A stretch of DNA of 64,000 nt from an uncultured Acidobacteriota bacterium. GTDB lineage: Bacteria > Acidobacteriota > Thermoanaerobaculia > UBA5066 > Gp7-AA6. Below are positions 62,910 to 64,000 of the stretch, in pieces. Made by a program: the position numbers and the translations under genes. Each line of letters begins with the position of its first letter. Positions within the stretch are counted from its first letter, which is position 1. A model generated the notes under the pieces. It saw only the letters and a list, made by a program, of their open reading frames with translations, did not search any database and was not told the DNA's origin. The DNA lies in contig CAVVML010000017.1 in assembly GCA_963749265.1 (NCBI GenBank), positions 32,465 to 96,464 on the forward strand, in the 5' to 3' direction.

Positions 62910-64000
62910 ATGTCTCGGATGGCGTCGCGGTGGGTCTCGGTCCTCGTGTGGGTGGGAGCCTGTCTGGCTCCGGCGGCCGGAATGCTCGGCGCGAGCGCGC
63001 CGCCGATCGTCGAGTTTTCGACGCGGCACGGGAAGTCGGCGCGGCTGCGCGACCACCGGCCGAACGGGCCCGTGCGGCCCGGCGCCCAGCGCCAGATCCC
63101 GAACAAGGGAGTGATGAAGAAGAGCCCCGGAGCCTCGTTGTCCGTTTCGGACCCCGTGGCGCAGAGGCAGTTCGGCCTCTCCCAGCCCGAAGCCTCGATC
63201 CAGTTCGAAGGCCTTTCCGACGACGACAACGCCGCGGTCGACGGATTCCGGATCGTGCCGCCGGACACCGAAGGCGACGTCGGCCCCGATCACTATTTCC
63301 AGTACATCAACGACATCGCCGCGATCTACGACAAGTCCGGCAACGTCGTCCTGGGACCGTTCGCCGGGAACGCCTTCTGGGCCGGGCCTCGGCGGCCCCT
63401 GCGAGGTTCAGAACGACGGCGACCCGCTCGTGCGTTACGACCGCCAGGCCGATCGCTGGGTCGTTTCGCAGTTCGCGCTTCCCGAATTTCCCGGATGGCC
63501 CCTTCTACCAGTGCATCGCGGTCTCGACGACGAACGATCCGACCGGCGAGTACTACCAGTACGAGTTCCTGACGAACGAGACCTTCTTCACCGACTACGG
63601 AAAGATCGGGATCTGGCCCGACGCCTACTACATGTCGTTCAACATGTTCGGGCCGAACGGCGAGGTTGAGGGCGGCGCCTACGCCTTCGACCGCGGCGGC
63701 GATGCTCGCCGGCGCCGAGGCCGGGCATGATCATCTTCAGCACGGGAAGCCAGGTCGGCGTGCTGCCGTCGGATCTCGACGGCCCGACGCCGCCCCCGGC
63801 CGGCTCGCCCAACTACTTCATGACCTACGACGTCAACCCGGCGCGGCTGCTCCAGTGGCAGTTCCACGTCGACTGGACGACGCCGGCCAACAGCACGTTC
63901 ACCGGCCCGGTCGAGATCCCGGTCGCCGAGTTCATCAATCGACGTCTGCGACGATCCCAATGGGCGGCAGCAGTGCGTTCCCCAGCTCGACTCGCCGGAG
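62910..64000 (+). CDS. secreted hypothetical protein, 3'-partial, frameshifted
   Basis: GGAGG RBS. Signal peptide MSRMASRWVSVLVWVGACLAPAAG. Conserved-looking …PDTEGDVGPDHYFQYINDIAAIYDKSGNVVLGPF…NDGDPLVRYDRQADRWVVSQFA…YYQYEFLTNETFFTDYGKIGIWPDAYYMSFNMF… across frames. Confidence 0.5.

Overview
High-GC (~70%) bacterial chromosomal segment, most plausibly Acidobacteriota or Gemmatimonadota-like. That guess rests on gene content and is not verified.

The window is dominated by two tandem, same-strand arrays of Hanks-type Ser/Thr protein kinase (STPK) paralogs:

- **Array A (1913-33880, + strand):** 11 consecutive genes (K1-K11). Each encodes an N-terminal kinase domain (LGPYEIL...[11 protein letters not shown]...HRDLKPGN...DFG...APE), one transmembrane helix and a C-terminal periplasmic TolB/PD40-type beta-propeller. 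Most neighbours overlap by ATGA/GTGA stop-start junctions. A membrane metallophosphoesterase plus cytochrome P450 cassette (15424-19060) and a small orphan ORF (about 28105-28531) are embedded in it.
- **Array B (54784-62749, + strand):** 3 tandem paralogs (K13-K15) with kinase + TolB-N-terminal-like (COG5616-type) + TPR architecture. They sit immediately downstream of a tRNA-Gln(CUG). A fourth gene of the same architecture (K12) is at 36536-38872.

Between the arrays lie:

- M28 peptidase, DinB-like protein, beta-carbonic anhydrase, an RsbW-like HATPase (anti-sigma factor kinase).
- MFS transporter, trxB, and a ybdL-like aminotransferase / yafV-like omega-amidase pair.
- A DUF4331-type secreted protein, a second aminotransferase, and pruA (1-pyrroline-5-carboxylate dehydrogenase) with a PLDc_N mini-protein.
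- A CysO-dependent cysteine biosynthesis cluster (cysM, JAMM/Mec+, cysO ending in Gly-Gly, moeZ with a rhodanese domain), and pterin-4a-carbinolamine dehydratase.

The sequence is riddled with single-nucleotide frameshifts. Almost every long gene is broken into 2-6 frame segments, including housekeeping genes (trxB, pruA, cysM, moeZ). Only a few genes are frame-intact: K7 (21693-24362), the P450, beta-carbonic anhydrase and phhB. This argues for assembly/sequencing indels rather than true pseudogenes. All boundaries below are therefore approximate and products are inferred by stitching frames by eye.

No CRISPR array, IS element, integrase or phage gene was seen.
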